From a virus (Duplodnaviria > Caudoviricetes), in IMG/VR virus record IMGVR_UViG_3300043406_000067, positions 1-42,014 of that record: 42,014 nt of DNA. One strand, written 5' to 3'. The translations under genes were made by a program, and so were the position numbers. The notes under the pieces are model-generated. The model saw only the letters and a program-made list of their open reading frames with translations, was not told where the DNA came from and did no database searches. This document shows, in pieces, positions 1 through 9,039 of the stretch. Numbering within the stretch: position 1 is the first letter of the stretch; every line of letters begins with the position of its first letter.

Positions 1-138
1 GCAGACTCCGGAGATGATCCGGCTCGACCGGTTCACGGATAAGTGGCATTTCATCCCGTGGAATCCGCGGCCGCAGCTCGCGAACTTCCCGCGCCGCCTA
101 GTGGCCGAGGACATCCTCGAGAACGGGCTCGAGTGGGA
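1..138. repeat. Terminal direct repeat, left copy (circular assembly overlap)
   Basis: Identical to 41877-42014 except A at 12 versus C at 41888. Confidence 0.97.
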
Positions 139-2980
139 ATATGAGAGCGACACGCAGCTGATCAACCAGGTCGGCGTGCGGTACGCCTTCGACCACTTCA
201 GGAGCCGTCACCGTCACCAGTGCTTCCTCGGGCCCGACGTCAGCGAGGGCGGGTTCGGACAGCCGCGCGACCAGCTCCTGAAGTTCGAGTCGGCGATCAA
301 CGATCGGATCGACATCAACCGCTCGGGCTTGTTCTACGTGGCGACGATCGCGCCCGGCACCTATGACCCGGCCGGCACGATGGCCCAGGTGAGGACGGCG
401 CTCACGGCAGCGGCCGTGCCCGGTTGCACGTGGAACGTGTCCTATGGCGGATGGGTCGTCGCCTCACACAACGACCGCCTCGACTTCGACGTCGCCGGCA
501 GCCTCAAGGCGGCGGCGATCGCCCCCGGGGCATACACGATTCCCGAGCTCGTCGTGCTGCTCCAGCAGGCCATGCAAGCGACGCCGAGCCCGACGCCCGA
601 CTACAAGGTCGCCCTGGGCGGGTACATCGTCGAGGGCTTCAACGACGCGATCGACTTCTCGGACGGTCAGGTGAAAAAGTGCTCGATCCCGCCCGGCTAC
701 TACCGCACGGTGGCGCACCTGGCGAAGGCGGTCGCGCTCGCGCTGAACTCTCAGTCCTCGAACTGGACGTGCACGCAGTCGTCCGGGACGCTCACCATCG
801 GGCGCTCGTCGGGGACCGCGCAGCTTCTGTGGCTCTCCGGCGCGAACGCCGCCGTCAGCGCCGCGGCCGCGCTCGGGTTCTCACACGCCGCCGACCGCAC
901 CGGCGCGGCCAGCTACGTCGGCGACTACGCGGTCAGCTATGCGAAGGTCATGATCCAGACGAAGACGCCGATCACCCTGAAATGGGCTAGCGGGTCGAAC
1001 ATTGCCCGCTCGATCGCAACGACCCTCGGGTTCAACTTCAACGTCGACAGCTCGACGAACGTCCGGATCACCGGAAACTTCCAGATCGTCGATGAATGGT
1101 TCGCGATCGGCGTCTCGGCGGCGGTCGACCTGCTCTGGCTGTCGGGGGCAAACCTCGCCCGCTCGGCCGGCGCGACGCTCGGCTACATGGGCGGAGTCGA
1201 CGACACCGGCGTTCTGCGGTACGACGCCGACGTCCGCCGCGGGAGCCGCGAGACCGCCTGCGCCACGAGCCGCGACCGCTATGGGCTCAAGCATCCGTTC
1301 TGGATCGACGGCGACTACATCCGCGGGACCAGGATCGCGGCGAACCTGCGGGACGTCATATTCGCCTTCCGCTCGGAGCCGCTGCTCCGGCTCAAGGTCC
1401 GGACCCACCGCCTGCCTGACCTCCAGAACGGCCGGATCCTCGAGACCGGCGACCTCTCGTCTATCCGCCCCTTCCCGCGCTACGGCGGCTCAGGCTGGGC
1501 GGGGCGGCTGTGGTACGTGGTCGAGGTCAGGCAGCACGCCGGGCCCGCCCAGTGGCACCAGGAGGCCGTCCTCGTCGAGGTCCCGCAGGTCTTCACCGGG
1601 GCCGCAGCCTCGACCCCGGACGGTCCCGCCTCGGGCGCGGTCCCCACCGGGACGGCCTTCCTGAACTGGTACGACACCCGGACCGGGGCGGTCGGGATCT
1701 ATGGCGCCCGCCTGGCCCTCGACGGGTCCCTACCGTGGACCGCGAACGGGGTCCGGATCACGACCGGGACGCCAACCCAGCCGTTCCAGGACTGGGAGCG
1801 GACGAAGATCGCCGTCGACGGCGACGGCAGCTCGATCCACGCCTGGATCGAGGGCACGCGGTCGGTGCGCGTTCAGAAGCTCAACGCAGCCGGGACGAAG
1901 CTGTGGACCGCGGCCGGCGTGGTGGCGGGGGAGGCAGCGAGCGGGGTCGCGAACCAGATCGCGCTCTGCTCGGACGCTGCGGGCGGCTGCTTCGTGGCCT
2001 GGCGCGACACCAGGAACGGCAGCTACAACGTCTTCGTGATGCACGTGCTCTCGAGCGGCGTCGTCGACCCCGCCTGGCCCGCGAATGGTGTTCGGCTGGC
2101 CGCCACCGCGAACGCGCAGATCTTCCCGCGCATCTGCCCGGATGGCCAGGGCGGCGTGATCGCGTGCTGGGGCGACGCGCGCACTGCGACCCCGAACTAC
2201 GACCTCTTCGTTCAGCGACTAACGTCAGCGGGCGCCCAGTTGTGGACCGTGAACGGCGTGCAGCTGAACACCGCGGGGCAGCCGATCAAATGGCCCGACA
2301 TCTGCCCGGACGGAACGGGCGGCGCGTTCTTCGCCTGGAACCGTCAGGCAAGCAACAACGTCTTCGTCTCGAGGATCGTCGCGGGCGGCTCGATCGCCGG
2401 CGGATTCACGGCGGGCGGCACGGTCGTCGCGAGTCCCGGATCTCCAGTCCAGCATGCGCGGATCGTATCGGACGGATCCGGCAACGCCTTCATGGCCTGG
2501 ATCGACGAACGCAGCGGGACGGTCCGCATCTATGGCGCGCTCGTGACCGGAGCCGGGTCGCTGCCGTGGGCCTCGGGCGGCGTCAATCTCATGAAGGCCG
2601 AAGCTCCGGCCGGCGCGACGGCGGACGAGGACTCGTTCTCGATCTGCCTCGACGGGCTCGGCGGCTTCCTGGTCGCGTGCAAGAGTGACGGCGAGACGAA
2701 CATCAGGGCCCAGCGCCTGACGTCGACCGGTGCGCTCCTGTTCGCCGCCGATGGCGTGATCGTCGGAACCGGCGCGAACTCGCGGTACGGCCCGGTCGTG
2801 TTCCCGGTTGGTGACGGTGGCGGGATCGTCGCATGGACGGACGAGCGTGGCGTCGGTCTGACTCAGGACATCTACGCCCAGCGATTCTCAGGTGCGGGCA
2901 TCGAACAATGGTCCACGGGCGGCGCGGCGGTCGTGGCGATCACCCTTTCGCAGAAGTGGCCGGCCCTCGGGACGGTCTAA
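14..2980 (+). CDS. C-terminal 988 aa of the tail-tip/central fibre protein that starts at 40069 (about 1,595 aa on the circle); ends in an 8-repeat beta-propeller
   Basis: ATG at 14 corresponds to in-frame ATG at 41890 of the ORF from 40069; three W(L/A)SGxN-x8-LG(F/Y) repeats; eight DGxGG-x4-W-xDxR-type repeats; follows tape measure and Dit-like genes. Confidence 0.85.
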   Translation: MIRLDRFTDKWHFIPWNPRPQLANFPRRLVAEDILENGLEWEYESDTQLINQVGVRYAFDHFRSRHRHQCFLGPDVSEGGFGQPRDQLLKFESAINDRIDINRSGLFYVATIAPGTYDPAGTMAQVRTALTAAAVPGCTWNVSYGGWVVASHNDRLDFDVAGSLKAAAIAPGAYTIPELVVLLQQAMQATPSPTPDYKVALGGYIVEGFNDAIDFSDGQVKKCSIPPGYYRTVAHLAKAVALALNSQSSNWTCTQSSGTLTIGRSSGTAQLLWLSGANAAVSAAAALGFSHAADRTGAASYVGDYAVSYAKVMIQTKTPITLKWASGSNIARSIATTLGFNFNVDSSTNVRITGNFQIVDEWFAIGVSAAVDLLWLSGANLARSAGATLGYMGGVDDTGVLRYDADVRRGSRETACATSRDRYGLKHPFWIDGDYIRGTRIAANLRDVIFAFRSEPLLRLKVRTHRLPDLQNGRILETGDLSSIRPFPRYGGSGWAGRLWYVVEVRQHAGPAQWHQEAVLVEVPQVFTGAAASTPDGPASGAVPTGTAFLNWYDTRTGAVGIYGARLALDGSLPWTANGVRITTGTPTQPFQDWERTKIAVDGDGSSIHAWIEGTRSVRVQKLNAAGTKLWTAAGVVAGEAASGVANQIALCSDAAGGCFVAWRDTRNGSYNVFVMHVLSSGVVDPAWPANGVRLAATANAQIFPRICPDGQGGVIACWGDARTATPNYDLFVQRLTSAGAQLWTVNGVQLNTAGQPIKWPDICPDGTGGAFFAWNRQASNNVFVSRIVAGGSIAGGFTAGGTVVASPGSPVQHARIVSDGSGNAFMAWIDERSGTVRIYGALVTGAGSLPWASGGVNLMKAEAPAGATADEDSFSICLDGLGGFLVACKSDGETNIRAQRLTSTGALLFAADGVIVGTGANSRYGPVVFPVGDGGGIVAWTDERGVGLTQDIYAQRFSGAGIEQWSTGGAAVVAITLSQKWPALGTV

Positions 2981-2995
2981 CGTAGGAGGTCGAAC

Positions 2996-3457
2996 GTGGC
3001 GGCGAAGGTCTATCACAAGTTCCTGGAGCAGCTGCTGAAGGGCAACGTCGGCGACATGAGCGCGGGCGGGACCGCCGTGAAGGCGATCCTGCTCAGCACC
3101 GCCTACTCGTTCAACATCGACCACGCTTTCGTCTCCGACATCGTGGCGAGCGAGGTCTCGGGGACCGGCTACGTCGCGGGCTACGCCGGCGCCGGCCGCG
3201 TGGCGCTCGCGTCGAAGGCGGTCACGCGCGACACCACGAACGACCTCGTCTACTTCGATGCCGACGACGTCTCGTGGGCCGGCCTCAACCTGGGCGCGAC
3301 CCAGATCGGCTCGATCGTGCTGTGGCTGCCGAAGACGAACGACGCCGACTCGCCGGTGATCTGCTTCGACGACACTGGCGGGTTCCCCATCACGACCACC
3401 GGTGGCACCTACCTGCACTCCTGGCCGAGCGCCGGGATCTTCAAGCTGGTCCCCTAA
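2996..3457 (+). CDS. Minor tail protein
   Basis: AGGAGG RBS; motifs YxxFxxxLLxG, EVSGTGYxAG and FDADDVSW resemble a widespread phage minor-tail family; tail context. Confidence 0.7.
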   Translation: MAAKVYHKFLEQLLKGNVGDMSAGGTAVKAILLSTAYSFNIDHAFVSDIVASEVSGTGYVAGYAGAGRVALASKAVTRDTTNDLVYFDADDVSWAGLNLGATQIGSIVLWLPKTNDADSPVICFDDTGGFPITTTGGTYLHSWPSAGIFKLVP

Positions 3458-3461
3458 GGCG

Positions 3462-4856
3462 ATGTCCGTCCTTCTCAGAACGCTCCGCGCCGCATCGGGC
3501 CAGGTCGCCGCGTCCACCTGCACACTCTGCGGTGGCTCGCAGGTGAACGCTACGGCGGCGGGCCTCAAGGACAACTCGCTCGCCACCTATGGCGGCATGG
3601 ACTGGTACGGCGACGGGGTCGATCCCGACGCCGGCTACGTGCGCGAGGACTGGACCATTGATGCCTGTCCGTCCGATCTCGTGATCGACTTCGTCCGGGT
3701 TCGGCTGAAGGCCGCGCGGATCGTCTATAGCCCGTCGTTCACGTACACGATCCAGCCGAGAATCAACGGCACCAACCGCGGCACGCCGGCGACTCTCGGC
3801 TCGACGGCGACGTTCGACTTCGACTTCACGACCGACCCGGCCGACTCGCAGCCGTGGACGCCAGCGAAGATCAATGCGCAGAAGTTCGGCTGGAACGGCG
3901 ACGCGCCGATGACCGACCCGAACGCCGCCGGCGAGATCCGCGTGTTCGAGATGGAGATTCAGATCCACGGTCATACGCTGGGCTCGATCGAAACGGTCGC
4001 GGCGACCGTGATCGCGGCGGCGGTGAACACTCTCATCACGCTAGGCGCGATCGCGACGGTCTCCTGCCAGGCGCCCGGCGGCGGCAACCAGAACGGGACC
4101 ACACTCGGCACGTCGGCGATCGTCGGCGTCGAGATGGAACCGCCACCGGACGGCGCGAACTCGGCGGCACCGCATGTGCCTGCGGTCGTGACGCTGAACA
4201 CATTCGTCCTGCGGTCGGCGAACCCGGCAAACCTCGGCGACCAGGACGTCGTGACCGGCGCGACCGAGACTAAGAGCGTCGGCTCGCATGGGACATGGAC
4301 ATTCGACGACGTCAAGGCGGTCTCTCTGATCTCGTCGCCCGACCTCGGCACAATCCAGTACGTGCTGTTCAAGGCGGTCGGCCGCGTTCACTTCTCGGCC
4401 GTGTGGGAGCAGTTCTACGGCACCGTTTTCCGGTACAGCGTGGGCGGGACTGAGGCGACGATGCCGATTGATCCCGCGACAAATTACTACCTGCTGTTCC
4501 TGGCCGAGGGCATCGAGGCGTACAAGCTCGACCTGACAGCCGAGGCGTCGTCGACTCCGTCCTATGTGCAACCCAACGGTGCGCCGTGGACATGGGCGGC
4601 GCTGAGCTCGATCGCGAACCTGACGCCCGAGTTTTTCTATGAAGCGAAGAGCGGAGGCGGCGTCGCCAATGCGAAGCACGGCGAGATCTTCGTCGAGGTG
4701 TACGGCGTGCCTGCAGTCGACTCGGCGGTACGTGTGTTCCGCGACCAGGCCGAGATCGTCGTGACACCACTCGGTGCGCCCGGCCTCGCGGTCGGGTCAC
4801 GACTCACCCGTCCAATCGGTGGCACGAAACAACGGAAGGTGGTGATTCCACAATGA
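3462..4856 (+). CDS. Putative tail or receptor-binding structural protein with two similar beta-rich domains
   Basis: ATG 4 nt after the upstream stop; beta-rich sequence; repeated motif QPWTPAKIN / APWTWAALS; tail context. Confidence 0.55.
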   Translation: MSVLLRTLRAASGQVAASTCTLCGGSQVNATAAGLKDNSLATYGGMDWYGDGVDPDAGYVREDWTIDACPSDLVIDFVRVRLKAARIVYSPSFTYTIQPRINGTNRGTPATLGSTATFDFDFTTDPADSQPWTPAKINAQKFGWNGDAPMTDPNAAGEIRVFEMEIQIHGHTLGSIETVAATVIAAAVNTLITLGAIATVSCQAPGGGNQNGTTLGTSAIVGVEMEPPPDGANSAAPHVPAVVTLNTFVLRSANPANLGDQDVVTGATETKSVGSHGTWTFDDVKAVSLISSPDLGTIQYVLFKAVGRVHFSAVWEQFYGTVFRYSVGGTEATMPIDPATNYYLLFLAEGIEAYKLDLTAEASSTPSYVQPNGAPWTWAALSSIANLTPEFFYEAKSGGGVANAKHGEIFVEVYGVPAVDSAVRVFRDQAEIVVTPLGAPGLAVGSRLTRPIGGTKQRKVVIPQ

Positions 4857-5422
4857 GCGACAACGAACCGGCCCTGCAGGTAGTCATCGGCGATACGCTG
4901 CTGACGCTCGAGTTCCCGGTCGTGGACCAGGACGGGAAGGCCGTGGATCTCACAGCTGGCAACGTGCGGGTGTTCGCCAAGGGGAGGGCCTCGTCTGATC
5001 GTGTGACGTCGGTCGTGGGCGGAACGATCGCGAAGACTATCGTCACGATCACGCAGGGCGACACGGTCGTCACGCCGCCGAACATGACTGGCATCGTCGA
5101 GGGGATGCGGATCTTCACCGCAGCGGGCACTCACTTCGCGCCCGGCACCGAGATCATCGTCGTCGGCGGCAGCACGTTTACGATCAATCGGCCGGCGATC
5201 GGTAGTGGCTCGAACATCTCGACCGGATTCTGGGACGGCGTCGTCTGCGATCTCTCGGCCGGCGCGCAAGGACTGGCGCGCGTGCAGGGGCTGCCGGCGC
5301 TCATGCGGCCGGGCGCGCTCACGACCGAGACTTACGACTACGACATCCGCTTCAAAAACGCGGGCGGGAAGATCGGCTACTCCGACCCAGACCAGATCAT
5401 CGCAACGACACCGGTCATCTAA
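4853..5422 (+). CDS. BppU-like baseplate/tail-fibre adaptor protein
   Basis: ATGA coupling; GDTxxTLEFPVVDQDGKAVDLT resembles BppU N-terminal-like domains. Confidence 0.5.
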   Translation: MSDNEPALQVVIGDTLLTLEFPVVDQDGKAVDLTAGNVRVFAKGRASSDRVTSVVGGTIAKTIVTITQGDTVVTPPNMTGIVEGMRIFTAAGTHFAPGTEIIVVGGSTFTINRPAIGSGSNISTGFWDGVVCDLSAGAQGLARVQGLPALMRPGALTTETYDYDIRFKNAGGKIGYSDPDQIIATTPVI

Positions 5423-5449
5423 AGCTCAGGCACGAACAGGGAGGTTCAG

Positions 5450-6091
5450 ATGCGGTTCGCCTTCATGATTGCAACCCTCGCGGCGCTGGCCGGCCCGGCC
5501 ATTGCTGACGGGTTCGTCGAACTCGGTGGGGATCCGTTCCAGGTCCAGCAGTGGGGATATGACTCGAACAACCAGTTCTGGGGCGCGCCACGGAATGCCG
5601 TCTCGGCGACGGCGGGATCGACCGGTGCGAGCAGCCTGATCTCGAACGCGATCTGCACGATCGGAATGACCGAGCTCACGATCACGGTCCGCGACTCGGT
5701 CGGAACCGCGAACGCGAACACGATCACGCTGTACGGGTCGTCCAGTCCGAGCTTTGTCACGTTCGACACGCTGGTCGTCACCGTCGACACGTTGGTCTGC
5801 GGCGCGGGAGCAGGCGGCCGACTGCGAGCGTGCGTGTCCGGAAGAAACACGACATCGAGCATGCGCTTGCCCTGGCAGGTCTCGGTGTTCCCGTGGGAGG
5901 TGGCGCACTCGGGGCTGACGATCGGGATCTACACCGACCGACTGCAGTCGAACGGCAAGTCGTGGGGCGCGTCGTACATCAAATGGAAGGTCACGTTCAA
6001 CGCTGACGCCAAGCAGGTCTGGGCGCGCAGCGTGGCGCTCTACCCGTTCGGCCGGCCGACGGTCGTCGCCAGCCCCTCGGGCGAGCAGTGA
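5450..6091 (+). CDS. Hypothetical exported protein (Sec signal peptide)
   Basis: GGGAGG RBS; MRFAFMIATLAALAGPAIA signal peptide with AxA cleavage site; stop overlaps endolysin start. Confidence 0.6.
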   Translation: MRFAFMIATLAALAGPAIADGFVELGGDPFQVQQWGYDSNNQFWGAPRNAVSATAGSTGASSLISNAICTIGMTELTITVRDSVGTANANTITLYGSSSPSFVTFDTLVVTVDTLVCGAGAGGRLRACVSGRNTTSSMRLPWQVSVFPWEVAHSGLTIGIYTDRLQSNGKSWGASYIKWKVTFNADAKQVWARSVALYPFGRPTVVASPSGEQ

Positions 6092-6567
6092 TCCATCCCG
6101 ATCCGGAGAAGCTCCTCGAGGACCAGGGCGCGCAGATCCTGCTGCGTCTCCTGCTCTGGGGCGAGGCGCGCGGCGAGCGTGACGCCGGCGGCGATCTCGA
6201 TGCCCGCGGCATGCTCGGCGTCGCCTGGGTCGCGATGAACCGCTCGAAAGACCGCAGCATGACACTGCCCGAGGTCATCCTCCAGCCTTGGCAGTTCTCA
6301 TGCTTCAACGCGAACGACCCGAACCGTGCGTCGATGCTGAAGGCGCACGAGCTCGAGCCGGTCGCGTGGTCGCGGGCAGATGCGGTGGCCGACCTGGTCG
6401 AGGCCAGCCTGACGATCGACCCGACGAAGGGCGCGAGCCACTACGTGGTCGAGGCGCTGTGGGGTCGGAGCGGAACCGCGAAATGGTTCGGGAAGATCGA
6501 GATAGACGCCGGTCGCACCGTGGAGCTGGCCCGTATCGGGCACCATGTGTTCGCGAGGGCGGCATGA
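6088..6567 (+). CDS. Endolysin, SleB/Hydrolase_2 cell wall hydrolase family
   Basis: WGEARGE catalytic motif, GVAWVAMNR, QPWQFSCFNANDPN, DPTKGASHY, IGHHVF. Confidence 0.9.
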   Translation: MIHPDPEKLLEDQGAQILLRLLLWGEARGERDAGGDLDARGMLGVAWVAMNRSKDRSMTLPEVILQPWQFSCFNANDPNRASMLKAHELEPVAWSRADAVADLVEASLTIDPTKGASHYVVEALWGRSGTAKWFGKIEIDAGRTVELARIGHHVFARAA

Positions 6568-6602
6568 ACAGCGACGGAACACCGACCAGGGAGGGATCGT
6601 CG

Positions 6603-6854
6603 ATGAGGGCGAACGATGCGGGACGAATCACGCTGAGTTGGGCCCAGCTCGTCTGGGGGATCACCGTCCTCGTCGTCCTGGTCGGCGGGTACAAGGATCT
6701 AAAAACCGGGCTCGCTCAGGTGCAGAGCACCGTGAACGGGATGTACACGAAGGCCGAGGTCGATCAGATGAGAGTCGACGCGGATCGGGTTCACGCGGCG
6801 CTCGAGGCCAAGATCCGACGCATCGAATCGAAGCTGAAAGACGACGAAGAATAA
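6603..6854 (+). CDS. Single-TM coiled-coil lysis protein (holin or i-spanin-like); alternative start 6564
   Basis: GGAGGG RBS; TM segment WAQLVWGITVLVVLVGGY followed by a coiled coil; directly after endolysin. Confidence 0.55.
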   Translation: MRANDAGRITLSWAQLVWGITVLVVLVGGYKDLKTGLAQVQSTVNGMYTKAEVDQMRVDADRVHAALEAKIRRIESKLKDDEE

Positions 6855-6899
6855 CCGCCCCAAGGATGGGGCTGAACGATCACGTCCAGGGAGGACACC

Positions 6900-7457
6900 A
6901 TGAAGCGATTCTTCATCCCGCTCGCTGTGCTGACGCCGCTCGCGGTCGCTGTCGCTTTCGCGTTCGCTCAGCCTGACACCTCGGCCTGGCCGGGCTTCAG
7001 CCACGCCGACTCGGCGCACCTGGTTGCGATCCTGCCCGACTCGGAAACGCTGGCGAAGGCTCCGATGCCGATCGACACGACGGCCGCGGCGGCCTTCGTC
7101 GCCAAGCAGGCCACCCACTGGCTCGACAAGTTCCTCCCGTCCCTCAGCCCGGACATGTCGGCCAAGATCGTCACCGGGCTCTCGGTGGCATCAGTGGCGC
7201 TGATGATGCAGCTCTGGAAGCTGCTGATCGGACTGCTCCAGAAACCGCAGTCGGTGGCCCGTGTCATCGGTCCCTTCTATGGCCGCTACAAGAAACTCAT
7301 CAACCCGCTGATCGTCCTGCTGGTGGGATGGGTGGTGGGTGGATCGCTGCTGACCGGCATGGTGGCGGCGTTCGTCAAGGTGTACTTCGTCAACGCGAAG
7401 TCGGTGTGGAAAGAGATCAGTGACGAGCGGTCCGCGAAGGCCGCCGCGACGCCGTAG
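6900..7457 (+). CDS. Multi-pass membrane protein, holin candidate
   Basis: GGAGG RBS; N-terminal signal/TM segment plus 2-3 hydrophobic helices; charged C-terminus; lysis context. Confidence 0.55.
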   Translation: MKRFFIPLAVLTPLAVAVAFAFAQPDTSAWPGFSHADSAHLVAILPDSETLAKAPMPIDTTAAAAFVAKQATHWLDKFLPSLSPDMSAKIVTGLSVASVALMMQLWKLLIGLLQKPQSVARVIGPFYGRYKKLINPLIVLLVGWVVGGSLLTGMVAAFVKVYFVNAKSVWKEISDERSAKAAATP

Positions 7458-7495
7458 TGCAGTCCCAATCGCAACAACTCAATCAGGGAGGTCCC

Positions 7496-7987
7496 ATGCG
7501 TCACGCATCAATCGTTGCCGGGCTGCTGCTCGGCGCGGCGTTCCTCGCTACCACGGCCTCGGCCGCAATCGTTCCGGGGTTCTACCTCGGCGCGAACGGC
7601 GTCTGGACCGACAGCCAGGAGACGATGCCGTCCGACTTCGAGCTCGGCGGCAACGTCAGCGTCAGCCTGCAGCATCGCCTGTCGGTGGTCGGCTGCAGCT
7701 ACTACGGCCTCCAGCAGGAGTACCTGCGCGCGTCGGCCGGCGGCCGGTACACCGTGACCGACGTCGACAACAACGACTTCTCGATCGGCGTCGGGCTCCA
7801 GTACCACGTCTCGAGCGACGAGGCCCTGCGCCCGAAGGAATGGGCGGCTGACGTGACGATCGGCTTTGCACCGGTGCCGAAGGACATGCCGGCGCTCACC
7901 GTCATCCTGCAAGGCAGCCACGGGCTCACCACGGAAACGACTGCCGCCTACGTGGGCGGTCGCTTCACACTCGGAGGTGCGCGTTGA
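7496..7987 (+). CDS. Predicted 8-stranded outer-membrane beta-barrel protein
   Basis: GGGAGG RBS; signal peptide ending ASA; eight alternating amphipathic strands from FYLGANGVW to TAAYVGGRFTL with a beta-signal-like last strand. Confidence 0.65.
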   Translation: MRHASIVAGLLLGAAFLATTASAAIVPGFYLGANGVWTDSQETMPSDFELGGNVSVSLQHRLSVVGCSYYGLQQEYLRASAGGRYTVTDVDNNDFSIGVGLQYHVSSDEALRPKEWAADVTIGFAPVPKDMPALTVILQGSHGLTTETTAAYVGGRFTLGGAR

Positions 7988-8232
7988 AGACGCTCGACTT
8001 CCTGGTCAAGTTGTTCGGCGTGCCGGGCGACGTTGTGATCGCAATCCTGAACCATGCGATCGAGAACGCGCCGCAGGAGATCGCCGACGCTGCACGCGCC
8101 CTGCTCGCGAAGATCGAGGAGCCGCTCGACGTCGCGAACCTGAGCGGCGCACTCGCGGAGCTGCCCGAGGAGCTGATGAAGGTGTTCAAGCTCGACTTCG
8201 ACGGGAGATCGCACCGGAGCGACGCCGGGTAA
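7984..8232 (+). CDS. Small amphipathic-helical hypothetical protein, last late gene
   Basis: GGAGG RBS, TTG start overlapping the upstream stop, followed by a terminator. Confidence 0.6.
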   Translation: MKTLDFLVKLFGVPGDVVIAILNHAIENAPQEIADAARALLAKIEEPLDVANLSGALAELPEELMKVFKLDFDGRSHRSDAG

Positions 8233-8255
8233 AACGCAGCAGGCTGAAGACGGCT

Positions 8256-8292
8256 ACGCCCCCGGGGATCCGTCCTCGGGGGCGTTTCGTTT
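8256..8292 (+). terminator. Rho-independent terminator ending the late operon at the point of gene convergence
   Basis: 13-bp stem ACGCCCCCGGGGA / TCCTCGGGGGCGT (one G-U), TCCG loop, followed by TTCGTTT. Confidence 0.8.
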
Positions 8293-8296
8293 GGAT

Positions 8297-8467
8297 CTAT
8301 CGGCCTCTGCGGTCGTACATCATGAGCGCGATCGCGAGCGTGGCGTGCGCCTGCCTGTCCTCCGCCTCCGAGCTGTTCGAAGCGGTGATGAGGCTGCGCT
8401 CGATTACTTCGTCCTCGCGGATCCACTTTCGGACGATGTCGCTGGCCGTCTCCTTCGTCTCGCTCAC
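8297..8467 (-). CDS. Small hypothetical protein (56 aa)
   Basis: GTG start overlapping the lipoprotein stop; GGGAG RBS. Confidence 0.5.
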   Translation of the reverse strand: MSETKETASDIVRKWIREDEVIERSLITASNSSEAEDRQAHATLAIALMMYDRRGR

Positions 8468-9039
8468 GGCGTCCACTCCCGCACGCCGCCCGCGACCTGC
8501 GGCGCACCATCGACGGGCGTGCTGCCCTTGTACCAGTAGCCGCGGAAATCCTCGCGGCCAAGCGCGTCGGGACCCCAGCCCTCGTGGCGCGCGCCAATGA
8601 TGAGCGTCCAGGGGACCTCCGTCCACGGAGCGTAATCGTCGCGAGTGATCCAGGGCCGGCCGATCACTTCTCCGACGGCGATCATGTCAGCTTCGATCCG
8701 CAGCGAGCGCCCGGTGATCTTGTAACTCACCGCATCGGTTCCAAGCTCGGCGCTGCCGACGTCGCCGCCGAAAGTCCAGCATTCGGAACACGGGAAGTCA
8801 TTCTCATCGGCAAGGTCTGACCGCTCCCAGCCGTTGAGTTCGATCTGCGCGTGGATCACGAGCCGATCTCCGCGCAACTCGGCGCGGATGTTCCGCAGCT
8901 CCGGCGCATCCGTGGGCGCGGCCGCGTGCACGTGCCGCGACGGCTCGAGCGCGAGGTCGAGCGCTGGGTCGGGGCCGGTCGCGGACCGGCAGCCGGCGAG
9001 CGTGAGAATGGCGAGCGAGAACAGCGTGACGGCCTTCAT
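8464..9039 (-). CDS. Lipoprotein, superinfection-exclusion candidate
   Basis: GAGGAGG RBS; MKAVTLFSLAILTLAG-C signal with LAGC lipobox. Confidence 0.7.
   Translation of the reverse strand: MKAVTLFSLAILTLAGCRSATGPDPALDLALEPSRHVHAAAPTDAPELRNIRAELRGDRLVIHAQIELNGWERSDLADENDFPCSECWTFGGDVGSAELGTDAVSYKITGRSLRIEADMIAVGEVIGRPWITRDDYAPWTEVPWTLIIGARHEGWGPDALGREDFRGYWYKGSTPVDGAPQVAGGVREWTP

Noticed and set aside
1-138. Biological direct terminal repeat of T7 type
   Set aside because: It falls mid-gene and its length is typical of assembler overlap
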